From an uncultured virus (IMG/VR IMGVR_UViG_3300020044_003647) (taxonomy: Duplodnaviria > Heunggongvirae > Uroviricota > Caudoviricetes): a stretch of DNA of 64,000 bases. The first letter of the stretch is position 1; every line of letters starts with the position of its first letter. Below, piece after piece: positions 47,183 through 57,749 of this stretch. Below the pieces are notes generated by a model. That model searched no databases. It worked only from the letters and a program-made list of their open reading frames with translations, and had not been told where the DNA came from. The position numbers and the translations under genes are program-made. The stretch lies in IMG/VR virus record IMGVR_UViG_3300020044_003647; one strand, given 5' to 3'.

Positions 47183-47710
47183 TTAAGCACCTGCTGTAAC
47201 TGTAAATCCAGCAGTCGATAAACTCACTCCAATAAAGTTTGCAGGAACTGGCTCATCACCTGATAACGTAATTGTGTACCCTGACATATCGCCAAGTGCA
47301 GCACCAGTTACAAGTGTACCACCCGTTACTTCCATACCTCTAGTTAAACCCGCATAAAATAAATTTCCGTTGTTATCTTCTACAATAACCTGCGGTCTTC
47401 CGTATGCCATCAACTTTAATTCTTTGTGCATTTTTGGCGTTAATGTTTTCAAAGCCAACTCAACTACTTGCTCAAAATAAGTCGTTCCGTTGTTACGGTC
47501 AGATTTAATATTTTGTACAAAACTTGAAGTTCCTTTCAAATCATATTTAAACGCTACTGGCGTACCTGCAACCGCATCGATAACATCTGTATCTGTTGCG
47601 TCATAAGTGTACCCAGTTGCATCACCATCGTTTACAAAATAAACAGCCTTTAAACCGCCTATAACGTCTTTGCAAACTTCTTTTCTTCCTAGTGTTAAAT
47701 CACAAGCCAT
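47183..47710 (-). CDS. Putative major tail protein (start revised to MACDLT)
   Basis: Homologue of 14136..14666. The upstream in-frame ATG lies in a terminator hairpin. Confidence 0.6.
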   Translation of the reverse strand: MACDLTLGRKEVCKDVIGGLKAVYFVNDGDATGYTYDATDTDVIDAVAGTPVAFKYDLKGTSSFVQNIKSDRNNGTTYFEQVVELALKTLTPKMHKELKLMAYGRPQVIVEDNNGNLFYAGLTRGMEVTGGTLVTGAALGDMSGYTITLSGDEPVPANFIGVSLSTAGFTVTAGA

Positions 47711-47775
47711 AATATATTTTGTATAAAAAAAGGTGGCGTTTGTTGCACCACCTTTCAAGTTATTTAATCAGTTAC

Positions 47776-48732
47776 TTAGTTTACAGAGTTAACGATTCCG
47801 TAAGTTACAATTTCCTCAACGATTCCGTATTGAACTCCGCCAGTCATTCTCATAACAATTCTTACGTTTTGTGATCCGTCGATGTCTGCCATATCAATAA
47901 CTTTTACTTCGTTAGTATCGTTTAACAAACCAGTTCCAAAATAAAGGTTTTCGCTTTGTGCAGCAACCGCTGTATTGGCAGCTAAACCTTGTGTCATTTC
48001 TAGTTTAACACCGTCAAACATTAAACCACTACCCATTGAATACCATTGTGTACCTTTTGTGTCTGTACCTGACGAACCAACTCCGTTAGCTGCATAACCG
48101 CCCAACGCTCTGATGTATGCTTTGTAAATGTTTTGCGCTACAAAGATTGTTAAATCTTCTTTTCCGTACAATGTCGCAGGAATAGCATCTACAATTTTTC
48201 CAAGTTCTGCTATAACGTTTGTAGCGTCAACGGTTGTTCCTGTAATTTCGTTTGCAGTAGGTAATGCAGCATCAAGAGACAAAAGGGTAGTAAATCCGTT
48301 AAATTGTCCGTTTGTTGCAGCAACACCTCTCCAAATGTTTACCTCGTTTTCGGCAGCTACTTTAGCAACGTGATTCGCTACTAAGAAATCTGCAAAACTT
48401 GGAGGCAAAGTATCAAAAGCAGAATAACCCATTGATACCGCATCCCAATCAGAACGGAAATCTTTTTTACAAAGTTGGTTATTTACTTGTAATTCTTTTG
48501 GCTCTAAAATACGCTCGGTCAATGTGATTGTTCCAGTAGCGTCAAAGTCGCACGTTCCATCTTTCAACAAAGAACCTTGTGTTAATTTCTTAACTACTTC
48601 TTTATATTTGATGTTTGGTTTAATTGTAACCAATCCTTTCTCTAAGGTTGGAGCAGAAAGCAATGCTGCTGAGATATATTTCCCTGCTGATTCTCCTGCG
48701 TAAGTCGTTGTAATGCTAGTTGTTGTTGACAT
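47776..48732 (-). CDS. Major capsid protein
   Basis: TTTYAGE..GKYISAALLS, TCDF and LTERILEP; position after the scaffold gene. Confidence 0.75.
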   Translation of the reverse strand: MSTTTSITTTYAGESAGKYISAALLSAPTLEKGLVTIKPNIKYKEVVKKLTQGSLLKDGTCDFDATGTITLTERILEPKELQVNNQLCKKDFRSDWDAVSMGYSAFDTLPPSFADFLVANHVAKVAAENEVNIWRGVAATNGQFNGFTTLLSLDAALPTANEITGTTVDATNVIAELGKIVDAIPATLYGKEDLTIFVAQNIYKAYIRALGGYAANGVGSSGTDTKGTQWYSMGSGLMFDGVKLEMTQGLAANTAVAAQSENLYFGTGLLNDTNEVKVIDMADIDGSQNVRIVMRMTGGVQYGIVEEIVTYGIVNSVN

Positions 48733-48759
48733 TTAGTATATGTATTTTTTGATTAATGA

Positions 48760-49182
48760 TTATGCTTCTGAAGCCCAAATTCCAACACCACCAACGATAA
48801 ACCATTTTGTCAATGCTACTGCTTTTAGTATAACATAGTCGCCATTGTTTGCGGTTGCTTTTGTGTTGTTTAATTTTTTACCTACTACCCCACTTGCTAC
48901 TGCGTCTGCTGCTGCGTTTGCAATACTTCCGTTAATTCCATCTGTTGAAGACGGATCAATTGATAGCAATACAGCTCCGTCTGCTCCGGTGTTTCTAAAT
49001 GAAAATTCCATTCCGATAGTTTCGGCTGTAATTGTTGGTAAATTTAAAACGATAGCGTCTGTTGCTACGTTGTAAGTTCCTGACGCATCTGCTGCTGTAA
49101 AAGTAGTAGTTGCAGTAACCGTTGTTTCTTTTGAACGACTTAATAAAGGATCGTTACTTACTGATGTGATTGTTCTTGACAT
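48760..49182 (-). CDS. Possible head decoration protein, copy B only
   Basis: Ala/Thr-rich; lies between scaffold and capsid genes. Confidence 0.45.
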   Translation of the reverse strand: MSRTITSVSNDPLLSRSKETTVTATTTFTAADASGTYNVATDAIVLNLPTITAETIGMEFSFRNTGADGAVLLSIDPSSTDGINGSIANAAADAVASGVVGKKLNNTKATANNGDYVILKAVALTKWFIVGGVGIWASEA

Positions 49183-49188
49183 TGTTGT

Positions 49189-49752
49189 TTAGTTTTTTGA
49201 AAATAGTTTTTTATAAATTCTGTCTTGTGTTGTTTCAGGTCTTTTGCTATGTAGCAAATTAACTTCCACTTTCTTTTCGTTTTCAGGATTGTAAACCAAA
49301 GGCGCAGGAGCGGCAGATAATTGAACTTTCAATTCGTTTAATTCCGCTTCTAATTTTGCGTTTTTTGTTTTCTCAACTTCCAACTCTTGTTCTTTTGCGA
49401 AAAAAGTTTCTTTAGAAACTGATTCAACAATTTTTTTAGGTGTTGCTTCCATTTCAGGTGCAACAATTTCCTCAGGTGTTTCAGCACTTGCTTCTTCTAC
49501 TTCCGCACTTGCCTCTTTAACCTCTTTGATAATTCCCTCTTGTTCAACTACGATAATCGCACCGTCTGCAGTTGTGTACTCGCCAACTGGCATAGCAACA
49601 ATTCCCGTTTCAGATACAATACCAATCGAATAATCAGGCTCAAAAGATTCCGCTTCAACAACGGTAACACCATCTTCCAACTTCATCTGCTCCAATTTAA
49701 CTTGAATAGATAAAATTGCTTTGATTTGATTTAACGTTTTTTTGTACTCCAT
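49189..49752 (-). CDS. Scaffold protein
   Basis: Acidic; MKLEDGVTVVEAESFE matches the C-half of 15756..16844. Confidence 0.65.
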   Translation of the reverse strand: MEYKKTLNQIKAILSIQVKLEQMKLEDGVTVVEAESFEPDYSIGIVSETGIVAMPVGEYTTADGAIIVVEQEGIIKEVKEASAEVEEASAETPEEIVAPEMEATPKKIVESVSKETFFAKEQELEVEKTKNAKLEAELNELKVQLSAAPAPLVYNPENEKKVEVNLLHSKRPETTQDRIYKKLFSKN

Positions 49753-49758
49753 TTTGAT

Positions 49759-49911
49759 TTATAAATTAATAATTACACTCGTTCCTTGATTCTCTAATGA
49801 ACCAATACCTTGATTGATTAACTCGCCTTTGCAGCACTCACGGCTGTACGTTTCCTCATCTGCACACAAACACCCTCTTTTATTATTTGTCGGACTTGAA
49901 TTATTTTTCAT
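49759..49911 (-). CDS. 50-aa Cys-rich peptide
   Basis: SP...RGCLC..ETYSRECC.G.L..QGIG; fills the protease-scaffold gap. Confidence 0.55.
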   Translation of the reverse strand: MKNNSSPTNNKRGCLCADEETYSRECCKGELINQGIGSLENQGTSVIINL

Positions 49912-50467
49912 TTTCTAGAATTTTTTTAATTTGTTCTATTAAATTCTGCTCCTCTTTCATCTGCATTTTGTCTGCAAAATAACCCTCGATTGAAAATCCT
50001 TTTACCTTTCCACTTTTAACATCTTCCCAAACTGCATCGTTATTACATTTCATCGAAATCATCCACGTGCCTACTGGAACGTCAAAACCGTGAAAATTAG
50101 ATTTGTCTTTTTCTTTGTCTTCAACAATCCAGCTTTCTGTCACGGTCATTCCGTCAATCTCTTTTTCGTGTTGCTGTGTAGCGTTAGATTGATTGTTATT
50201 TATAAAAAATAACTCAGATGCTTTGCGTACTGTTTGCTCACTAAAAAATACATAAAACTCCTCGCCATTTTCTTTTCTGTAAATCTTTTTATTTGGAATT
50301 AAAGCTGCACCCATTAAGATTTTTTTCTCGATGTTTACTTCTTTTAATTCTACTTCTAATTGTGATGAAAGCGCAATAAAATCAGATTCGATTGCAGGTC
50401 TATCTACTACTGAAATAGCATCTATACCATCTTTTTCGTTATCAATTACAAGTTCTACAATCTTCAT
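49901..50467 (-). CDS. Prohead protease (XkdF-like)
   Basis: AISVVDRPAIE and VKSGKVKGFSIEG motifs. Confidence 0.75.
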   Translation of the reverse strand: MKIVELVIDNEKDGIDAISVVDRPAIESDFIALSSQLEVELKEVNIEKKILMGAALIPNKKIYRKENGEEFYVFFSEQTVRKASELFFINNNQSNATQQHEKEIDGMTVTESWIVEDKEKDKSNFHGFDVPVGTWMISMKCNNDAVWEDVKSGKVKGFSIEGYFADKMQMKEEQNLIEQIKKILENEK

Positions 50468-50518
50468 TTTTTAGTGCTTTTAAAATATTATCGTTAAATA
50501 GTTTGTTTTGTTGTATTT

Positions 50519-52351
50519 TTATCCTAAACTCGCATTTCTAATAATGTTTCTGTCTAGTGATTGCCCAGTTGTTACATCGCTCGGCACTACAAAAGCCTTA
50601 ACGGGTGTTTGATCTTTTGTTGCCATTATTCCCGCTAATTGATTAACTCCGCTATTTCCTACGACATTAAATTGTGGTGCGCTTCCACCTCCACCACTAT
50701 CTCCACCTGCTGCTCCACCTGCCGATGGTGCACCGCCACCACCTAACGCACCTAACGCTTTTGCTGTTGCTGCTAAATTGGCTGCTATTCCAATACCTGC
50801 TCCAACTTTATTCATTACTATTTCGGCTGCTGCTAATGCTGCACCTCCAGGCAATAAAGAATATTTTAATCTTGCTGCCGAATTTGCTGCATTTGTGTTT
50901 ACTATAATTTTCGCTATACCTGCTGCACTTTCAGCAACCAATAAGGCTTTTTGAATTGCCTTATTTTTTATACCCAAAGTTTGCAATAAGTTTATACCTC
51001 TGCTTATATTATCTAATCCTGCGTTTTGTATTGCTAGTTTTGCATCGGCTACTGCTTTTGCGGTATCTATTTCGTCTTTAGCATCTTTATCTGTTTTTGC
51101 TTTTTTATCAGCATAATATTTATCTTGACCTTGTAATTTAATATCGTTAACCTCATTCATTTGCGCTATTTCTAGCGTGTCAATTTCTTCTTGTGTTCTG
51201 CCTTGCTGTTTTGCTAACTCTATTAATCTAAAATATTTATCATTTACAGCTGTTATTTCCGCTTGTTCTTTTGTTACTAAAAACTCCGCTTGTTTGTCTT
51301 GTGCATCTGAAAGAACTTTTGTTATTTCGTTTTCTAAGGCAACCACATTTTCTAATTGCGCTTTTTTTAATGCCTTAATTTGTTCTATTTCTTTATTTCT
51401 AGCATCAGATATTTCTTTATTTCTAGCTGTTCTTTTATCGTGTGCCTCTTTTTGGTCGGCTTCCATTTGAGCATTAAGTTGCTTTTGTTGCTTATTAGCT
51501 GACCGCAATATTTGTGCGCTTTCCGCTTCTAAATTTAGTATTTCAGCTTTTGCGTCTGCAATCGCATCTAGTCTTTCATCTGCTGATGCTTTTTTATTTA
51601 ATTGCGCTGCTCTTAATGTTTTACGTGCGTTTTCTAAAGCGTCTTTTGTATATTCTGCCTCGCCTTTTCTTATGTCCTCAATTGCTTTTTTCTTTTGCGC
51701 GTAGGTTGCATTTTCATCTGAAAGCAATTCTTTTGATTCGGCTAGATTTTTATTTAATTCAGCACGTGCAACTTTTAGACCACGCATCGCATCGCCAACC
51801 TCTTGAAGTAATTTAGCTGCTTCTGCTCCTTTTTTAAACTCGGCAGCAATCTCATCACCCACTCCCGAAATAGCACTTTTTGCATCTTTAACCGCACCGC
51901 TAAAATCACCTGAAAAGAATTTTGCCAACGCTTCGCCAAACTTTAAAAACCTATCACGAACAACAACCATCACGTTAGACAATCCGCTCATCATTTGCTC
52001 CAACTTATCTGCTCCCTCATCGGTTGAAGTAAAGGCTTTATACAACGCAGTAAGTCCTAACACAAGCGCAGCAATAACAGCACCGATAGGATTTGCAACC
52101 ATCGCCCACATTTGGGTTAATACTGCACCAAATCCTTTTTCTGCTCCTGCTAGTGCTGGGTTTAATTCGGTAACCATATTTTTAATAGCACCAAATGAAT
52201 TTCCTGCTGCACCCGCTTTACTTAAAGAGTTGCCTACTTTGTCTGCGCTTTTATCAACGCTTTGAATAGCTGTATTTAATTGCTTAACATCTTGCGTTGT
52301 TTGGTCAATATTACTATTAACTTGTAAGTCTACTATTTTTGTGATAGCCAT
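50519..52351 (-). CDS. Tape-measure-like protein
   Basis: ANPIGAVIAAL repeat-type motif; C-terminus shared with copy A. Confidence 0.7.
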   Translation of the reverse strand: MAITKIVDLQVNSNIDQTTQDVKQLNTAIQSVDKSADKVGNSLSKAGAAGNSFGAIKNMVTELNPALAGAEKGFGAVLTQMWAMVANPIGAVIAALVLGLTALYKAFTSTDEGADKLEQMMSGLSNVMVVVRDRFLKFGEALAKFFSGDFSGAVKDAKSAISGVGDEIAAEFKKGAEAAKLLQEVGDAMRGLKVARAELNKNLAESKELLSDENATYAQKKKAIEDIRKGEAEYTKDALENARKTLRAAQLNKKASADERLDAIADAKAEILNLEAESAQILRSANKQQKQLNAQMEADQKEAHDKRTARNKEISDARNKEIEQIKALKKAQLENVVALENEITKVLSDAQDKQAEFLVTKEQAEITAVNDKYFRLIELAKQQGRTQEEIDTLEIAQMNEVNDIKLQGQDKYYADKKAKTDKDAKDEIDTAKAVADAKLAIQNAGLDNISRGINLLQTLGIKNKAIQKALLVAESAAGIAKIIVNTNAANSAARLKYSLLPGGAALAAAEIVMNKVGAGIGIAANLAATAKALGALGGGGAPSAGGAAGGDSGGGGSAPQFNVVGNSGVNQLAGIMATKDQTPVKAFVVPSDVTTGQSLDRNIIRNASLG

Positions 52352-52473
52352 TTTGCTGCTGTTTTAATTTGTTTCCAATTTTTAGGAAATTGATTTTTAC
52401 CTTTTGCTATTGCGATTAACTCTCCGCTGTTGTTTGGCACTTCTCTAAGAAGTGTAAATATTTGTTTAAGCAT
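52333..52473 (-). CDS. 46-aa conserved peptide
   Basis: Homologue of 18841..18975. Confidence 0.55.
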   Translation of the reverse strand: MLKQIFTLLREVPNNSGELIAIAKGKNQFPKNWKQIKTAAKWLSQK

Positions 52474-54934
52474 ATTGATTGATTTGGATTTGAATAGTTG
52501 TTGAAACTGCGCCTTGAAAGTACTCTAGTAATACATTATCAGTTCGATTAACTCCAGTTGTATTTGCTGGAACTGCAACATTTAAAAGCCCATCTTCGTA
52601 AACATTTCCACCGCTTGTGTAAGTCCCTACTAAGTATCCCGTTGCTAGTTTTGAACGCCACAAATCAAAGTCTTTTAAGAATACTTGCAACTCGATTGAT
52701 TGTGCTGTATTGTCAAGAGTCATTGTTTGAATGTTTGTTAATCTTAAAATCTCGCTTCCTATTTGCGATGGTTCGCTATTGTCTAAAATCAACTCAAAGG
52801 AAGTTTCCCCCGTAGTTAATTCGGGTGTCATTGTGTTAATGATATACCTTTTATTTGAAACTATTAATTTATCTTTTAACTTGATTGAACAAATCAAAGA
52901 AGTTGGAAGCATAGCTTTTAATTTAAGTATTCTAGTACGTTGGTTAAATAAATTTTCAATATAATCTGAATAAAATTTATCGTATAATCCTGTAAAATTG
53001 ATATCTAAAAACCAAGATGAAATTTCAGCACCCCAATTTAAAGATTGAACGTAACTTAAATCTGTACTTGCTAAAGGCAACTCATTGTTAAACCTAACAT
53101 ATTCCGATATGTTATTTGTATTTGTAGTATCTGATATTTTAATGTCGGGAGTTACTGGCTGCACCCCATTGCAATAAATTAAACTCGGCTTTGGAACGTA
53201 TGCGTTATTGTCTTTATTAAACATTGTCGCAGTGATAAAATCCGTTCCGGTTTCGCGGTCAAACATAAAATTTTCAAAAGGTAAAGCCACCTCATAAGTT
53301 TCCGCAAAGGCACTATTTTGATTTTCAAAATTTAAGTCGCCATATTCTTTGTTGAATAAACCTCGATAAATTTCATTTAAAGCATTTTCAGACTTTTGGT
53401 ATTTGAACGATATACGTTTGAATAATTGTGGAGGGTTTATGTCGATTGAATCTGTAATTACATATTCTGTAACATCTACATTTACGCCATCTAAATAATA
53501 ATCAGGCAACGGCTGTAAATTAAATGAAGTATCAGATGTTGGAATTACCATCAAATTAAACATCTTAATCAATCCCTCCATAAATGAAACAACGGTTATA
53601 TCGGGAACAAATGATTTTATATCAATATTTGATACTGTTGTTTGTGATGGGCTTGTGGCTGTTAATTTTTGATATTCAGAATATACACCAGTCGAGTAAA
53701 AACCTACTCTTCTTTTTCTTTGAATTAACTCACTTGTAAAAGTTATACCTAATTCCGAACTTACAAAAAAAGTAAATAAATATTCTGGACCAAGGTTACT
53801 CACATTTATTAAGTAATTTATATTTCCGACTCGGTTTAATATAGATGTAAATAATACTCCATTATTATAAACATAAACATTGTAAGGATTTGTTGATGCT
53901 GTTGTAATTTTTAAACTTAATTCTCTATTTATAAAAATTGTATTGTTAATTGGTGTTGCTGGTGGATTGTAAAATTGATTTATAGCGTTAAAATTATAAG
54001 TCAATAAATCTGTTGTTAAATCTAAATCATCAAACCCCGCTCCTATTTCTGTGTCTATAAAAGCGCCAAATACATCTTCAATAATTGTGTCAGATGCTTT
54101 AGCAGTAAAGTCAATTTTTATTTGTTCAGGTCTAATCGTAAATTCATCTTGATTTTTAAGATAAAGAAACAATTTGCTAAAAGTCAAACTTTGAATAAAT
54201 GCCCCAGTAAAAGTAATTCCGTACGCGCCTTGAATATACTCTAAAATTTTTGTTACTCTTATGGCTGGAAATATCTCGTTAAATAATAATTTACCCGCAG
54301 TCGTTGAAATATTATCCGCTGCGGTTGCTCCTGCTGCTAAAAATAATCTTCTTTTAGTTCCTATTAATGGGTAAAGTATATCGTAGTTATCATCCGTAAC
54401 CCTTGCTTGAACATTTGTAAGGTCGTAAAGGTGATTTAACTCATCGTAGTAACTAATTCTCGCGCCATCCTCAAAGTAAGCTAGTGAGTTTAATTTGTCG
54501 TCTTTAAAACGCTCTTTTAATTGTACTAAATTACCCGTAAAATTTATCGAGTAACTTTCAATTTTATTGTCTGTTTTCTTACTGCCCTTTAAAGACCACT
54601 TTCCAAACCTAAAAGGAATAGTGTCAATTTCAATATATCCAAAATACGTTATTCTGTGGTCAAATGCATCGGTTAAACTCAAAGGATTGTCGATTGTTGT
54701 CGCCCCTACTTCGCTATTATACCAATGGTAAAGAATTTTGTTATTATGGCTCGATGCTGGAATAGTAAATGCCTTTGAATAGTCCGTAAAAATCTTACCT
54801 AAATCCCTAAAATTTTGAATGGATGAAGTAACGGAAATTGATTCATCCGCAAACAATTCCAAACGGTGTCTAATTGGCGTTATAACGTCATCAATTAACT
54901 CGTCGATATAAATGTATAGTGCAACGTTTTTCAT
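52466..54934 (-). CDS. Large minor tail / baseplate protein
   Basis: Homologue of 18968..21355. Confidence 0.6.
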   Translation of the reverse strand: MKNVALYIYIDELIDDVITPIRHRLELFADESISVTSSIQNFRDLGKIFTDYSKAFTIPASSHNNKILYHWYNSEVGATTIDNPLSLTDAFDHRITYFGYIEIDTIPFRFGKWSLKGSKKTDNKIESYSINFTGNLVQLKERFKDDKLNSLAYFEDGARISYYDELNHLYDLTNVQARVTDDNYDILYPLIGTKRRLFLAAGATAADNISTTAGKLLFNEIFPAIRVTKILEYIQGAYGITFTGAFIQSLTFSKLFLYLKNQDEFTIRPEQIKIDFTAKASDTIIEDVFGAFIDTEIGAGFDDLDLTTDLLTYNFNAINQFYNPPATPINNTIFINRELSLKITTASTNPYNVYVYNNGVLFTSILNRVGNINYLINVSNLGPEYLFTFFVSSELGITFTSELIQRKRRVGFYSTGVYSEYQKLTATSPSQTTVSNIDIKSFVPDITVVSFMEGLIKMFNLMVIPTSDTSFNLQPLPDYYLDGVNVDVTEYVITDSIDINPPQLFKRISFKYQKSENALNEIYRGLFNKEYGDLNFENQNSAFAETYEVALPFENFMFDRETGTDFITATMFNKDNNAYVPKPSLIYCNGVQPVTPDIKISDTTNTNNISEYVRFNNELPLASTDLSYVQSLNWGAEISSWFLDINFTGLYDKFYSDYIENLFNQRTRILKLKAMLPTSLICSIKLKDKLIVSNKRYIINTMTPELTTGETSFELILDNSEPSQIGSEILRLTNIQTMTLDNTAQSIELQVFLKDFDLWRSKLATGYLVGTYTSGGNVYEDGLLNVAVPANTTGVNRTDNVLLEYFQGAVSTTIQIQINQYA

Positions 54935-56026
54935 TTAATCTACATCGTTTATTAAGTTAAATGCGTACTCAAAATTCATCTCGTAGTTAATCATTTTATC
55001 TCTTAACCTAGTTTTCTTTTGGATTGATTTGTCTTTTAGCGTTGCTGGTTCGTTATCGAGTAGTATAGTTTCGCTAGATAGTAGTTCAACAAGTAACTCG
55101 ATTGTGTTTTCATCCACCCACCCAGTATTAAGTTTAACAGTTTGCTTTAAATCAAAGTTAAACTCTTTCTTTTGCCCTCTTAATGGGTTGTAATCAACTG
55201 CATCAGCTAACAAATTAAATCCTTTGCTCTTTACTTCATAGCTATCTGTACGTGCTTTAAAGAATGTTAGGTATTGCCATCCGCCTTTTGAGTTTATAAA
55301 CGTGCATTTAATCGGAGTGTAAAGACAATCATCACCATTTAAGAAGTAAACGAACGGTTGTGCTGGAACTGCTCCCGAAGTATCAAGTCTAACTTGTACG
55401 CTATTTCCACCTGCTAAATCGGGATCGCTAGTTCGATAAGGTACTTTTAACATAAATATTCCAGCAGGGTCAGTATCTTTATCAAGTACAACCACGTTTT
55501 CAATCGTTGCGGCTGCTAAATTTCTATAACGGTAAACCAAATTAAAACCATCTGCTGGGTCATAATCAACTAGCACGTTAAAATATTGGTTGTCATCGGC
55601 TCTGTAAATATTCACATCTGCATTTGTCAAGCAAATAACGTCTTCTGTTAATGATTGATTGTAACCACCTTGATAATTGTTATATCCATTTACTGCGACA
55701 AATCCTTGCTCTTCTAATGAAGTCCATTCATCTGTTAAATTTACTTTCCAATAGGTATTAACTGTAACTAATCGCCACATATTAGCATCTTCATCCGTTG
55801 GAGTGATTGCGCTAGGTGCGATGTTCTCAATATCATCTTTTATGTAAGGGGAAATATTAAACCAACAATCCCGATTAACTGTGTCAGGTATTTGCTTTTC
55901 TAGCGTTACTGTTTTGGTTGGTAACACTCCAGCAGGGTCAGCTATATCAACTACGCATCTAGTGTAAACCTGCGTAGCTTCATCAACTAAAATTTTATAA
56001 GGACTTCGAACAAATATTACTTTCAT
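54935..56026 (-). CDS. Minor tail / structural protein
   Basis: Homologue of 21355..22443. Confidence 0.6.
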   Translation of the reverse strand: MKVIFVRSPYKILVDEATQVYTRCVVDIADPAGVLPTKTVTLEKQIPDTVNRDCWFNISPYIKDDIENIAPSAITPTDEDANMWRLVTVNTYWKVNLTDEWTSLEEQGFVAVNGYNNYQGGYNQSLTEDVICLTNADVNIYRADDNQYFNVLVDYDPADGFNLVYRYRNLAAATIENVVVLDKDTDPAGIFMLKVPYRTSDPDLAGGNSVQVRLDTSGAVPAQPFVYFLNGDDCLYTPIKCTFINSKGGWQYLTFFKARTDSYEVKSKGFNLLADAVDYNPLRGQKKEFNFDLKQTVKLNTGWVDENTIELLVELLSSETILLDNEPATLKDKSIQKKTRLRDKMINYEMNFEYAFNLINDVD

Positions 56027-56550
56027 TTTGTTGTAAATTTTAACAAATTATCTAAATCTAAATCAAACGCTTCTACTAATTCATCAGGCAAATTTTTAAA
56101 AGCACTTTCAAATGGTTTGGTAAAAAATAAACTCGGCTTTATACCTTGTGCAAATATTCGATTAGCCAGTATAATTCCTATCGTTTCGTAATTGCCTTTT
56201 TTATACCTACCCTTTTCATCTCTTAATCTTATATTTTTAGCTTTTGCCCACTCGCTAATAAATTTACTCGGTGGTCTTTTGTTCTTAAAACTAAAGGGAG
56301 CGTTAGGTGCTTTTTGTTTGCCTCCTTTCACTAAATTAGGGTTCGCACCTTTCACTCCCTGATCTTGAAACGCTCCGTAATTTTCCATCTCAAACGATAA
56401 CGAAAAACTATTTTTACTAGCGTTTAAATCTGCTTTTATGCTATCATATAACTTACTAGATACTTTCTTGCCACCTTTTGTTAAATTGGCTTTAGATTGC
56501 GTTACTACGTGTTTTGCAAATCTATTAAGTACCTTATCTAAGTTTAACAT
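56023..56550 (-). CDS. Putative neck / tail-completion protein
   Basis: Homologue of 22440..22994. Confidence 0.5.
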   Translation of the reverse strand: MLNLDKVLNRFAKHVVTQSKANLTKGGKKVSSKLYDSIKADLNASKNSFSLSFEMENYGAFQDQGVKGANPNLVKGGKQKAPNAPFSFKNKRPPSKFISEWAKAKNIRLRDEKGRYKKGNYETIGIILANRIFAQGIKPSLFFTKPFESAFKNLPDELVEAFDLDLDNLLKFTTK

Positions 56551-56972
56551 ATTGTCATCGTGTTTGGAACTACGACCGTAAACGATTGCTCAACTCCTGC
56601 TAAATTATTCTCAAACCTTTCTGTAAATAAAGTAGATGCAGAAGTATCTTGTAACTCCCAGTTATTCTCGCTTAAACTGCCTCGTCTTATGCTGCCCAAT
56701 ATTCTAAGTATTAATTCGCTTTGAGTATTCCAAATATTATTTTTATTTGTGATAGGCGTTTTTGTTTCATCGATTATATCCATACATAACACACTAAAAG
56801 ATACTGCAACTGTACTACCTAAATCTTGAAAACCAGTACACATAACATGAGTTAAAGGAAATATAGTAACCTTGTTTAAATCCACATCAAATATATCTCC
56901 ATCGGTTGCCGTATTGCAAAAAGGCTCATTTAAAAATGATTGTTTAAGTGTGTTAATTGTTTCCGCTACCAT
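56544..56972 (-). CDS. Putative tail terminator
   Basis: IFPLTHV; homologue of 22975..23436. Confidence 0.5.
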   Translation of the reverse strand: MVAETINTLKQSFLNEPFCNTATDGDIFDVDLNKVTIFPLTHVMCTGFQDLGSTVAVSFSVLCMDIIDETKTPITNKNNIWNTQSELILRILGSIRRGSLSENNWELQDTSASTLFTERFENNLAGVEQSFTVVVPNTMTIC

Positions 56973-57225
56973 TGCTTTTTATTTTTGCTATTTCTATTTG
57001 ATTCTTTTCGCTTTCGTATGATAACCACGTTAAAGCCTTATGTATATTTAATTCAGTTGCGTCATCAATTTTGAAAGCGTCTCCTTTGGCGATTGCATAA
57101 AAGCTATTATACCATCCCCATTTTCTAAAGAACTGGCTTTCTCGACTATAATCGCCTTGTCCGACTGTGGTAGTTGCTCCAAATAATCCATCGTAACGCT
57201 CAACAATTCTTTGCTTAAATTGTAA
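56953..57225 (-). CDS. -1 frameshift extension (missing from the ORF track)
   Basis: LQFKQRIVERYDGLF...RKWGWYNSFYAIAKG...ALTWLSYE, following the slippery run at 57224-57233. Confidence 0.7.
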   Translation of the reverse strand, partial: LQFKQRIVERYDGLFGATTTVGQGDYSRESQFFRKWGWYNSFYAIAKGDAFKIDDATELNIHKALTWLSYESEKNQIEIAKIKSNGSGNN

Positions 57226-57713
57226 AAAAAAACCTGCACCGCTAGAACTATTGCAACTGGCGTGTCTTTCATTGTTTCAGCGTATTGCTCTGTGCCTTTG
57301 TATGGTTCAATATCATAAAACTTTGCTAACTTCTTTGTAACAGGTCGATATAAAACCGCTATACATTTATGCCATTGCTCCACGTCTGAATTATAATCAT
57401 CTAAATCGGCAAACTCTCCAGCACTCATATCGTCAAAGTTAGGTATTAAACCAAACTCAATGTTATTAATTGTAAATCTAGAAATCAATTCAGGACTTCC
57501 GTTAAACAATTCAATCAGTCCGTTGTAAACTTCATCGATTGAACTAAGTAACATTTGTCTTACATCTTTCATTTCTACATTGCAGAATATTGAAACGGTT
57601 TTCTGTCTTACAAACTCACTATCGGGATTGTTAGTTATTAGCTTATAAAACTTTTGATACTGCCCTAACGTAATCTCATTTAATGATTCAGGAACTATTA
57701 AATTTGCTTTCAT
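57048..57713 (-). CDS. Tail assembly chaperone-like protein
   Basis: Homologue of 23486..24178. Confidence 0.6.
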   Translation of the reverse strand: MKANLIVPESLNEITLGQYQKFYKLITNNPDSEFVRQKTVSIFCNVEMKDVRQMLLSSIDEVYNGLIELFNGSPELISRFTINNIEFGLIPNFDDMSAGEFADLDDYNSDVEQWHKCIAVLYRPVTKKLAKFYDIEPYKGTEQYAETMKDTPVAIVLAVQVFFYNLSKELLSVTMDYLEQLPQSDKAIIVEKASSLENGDGIIAFMQSPKETLSKLMTQLN

Positions 57714-57749
57714 AATCTATTATCGTTTTTATTAGTGTTTTGTTGCACG

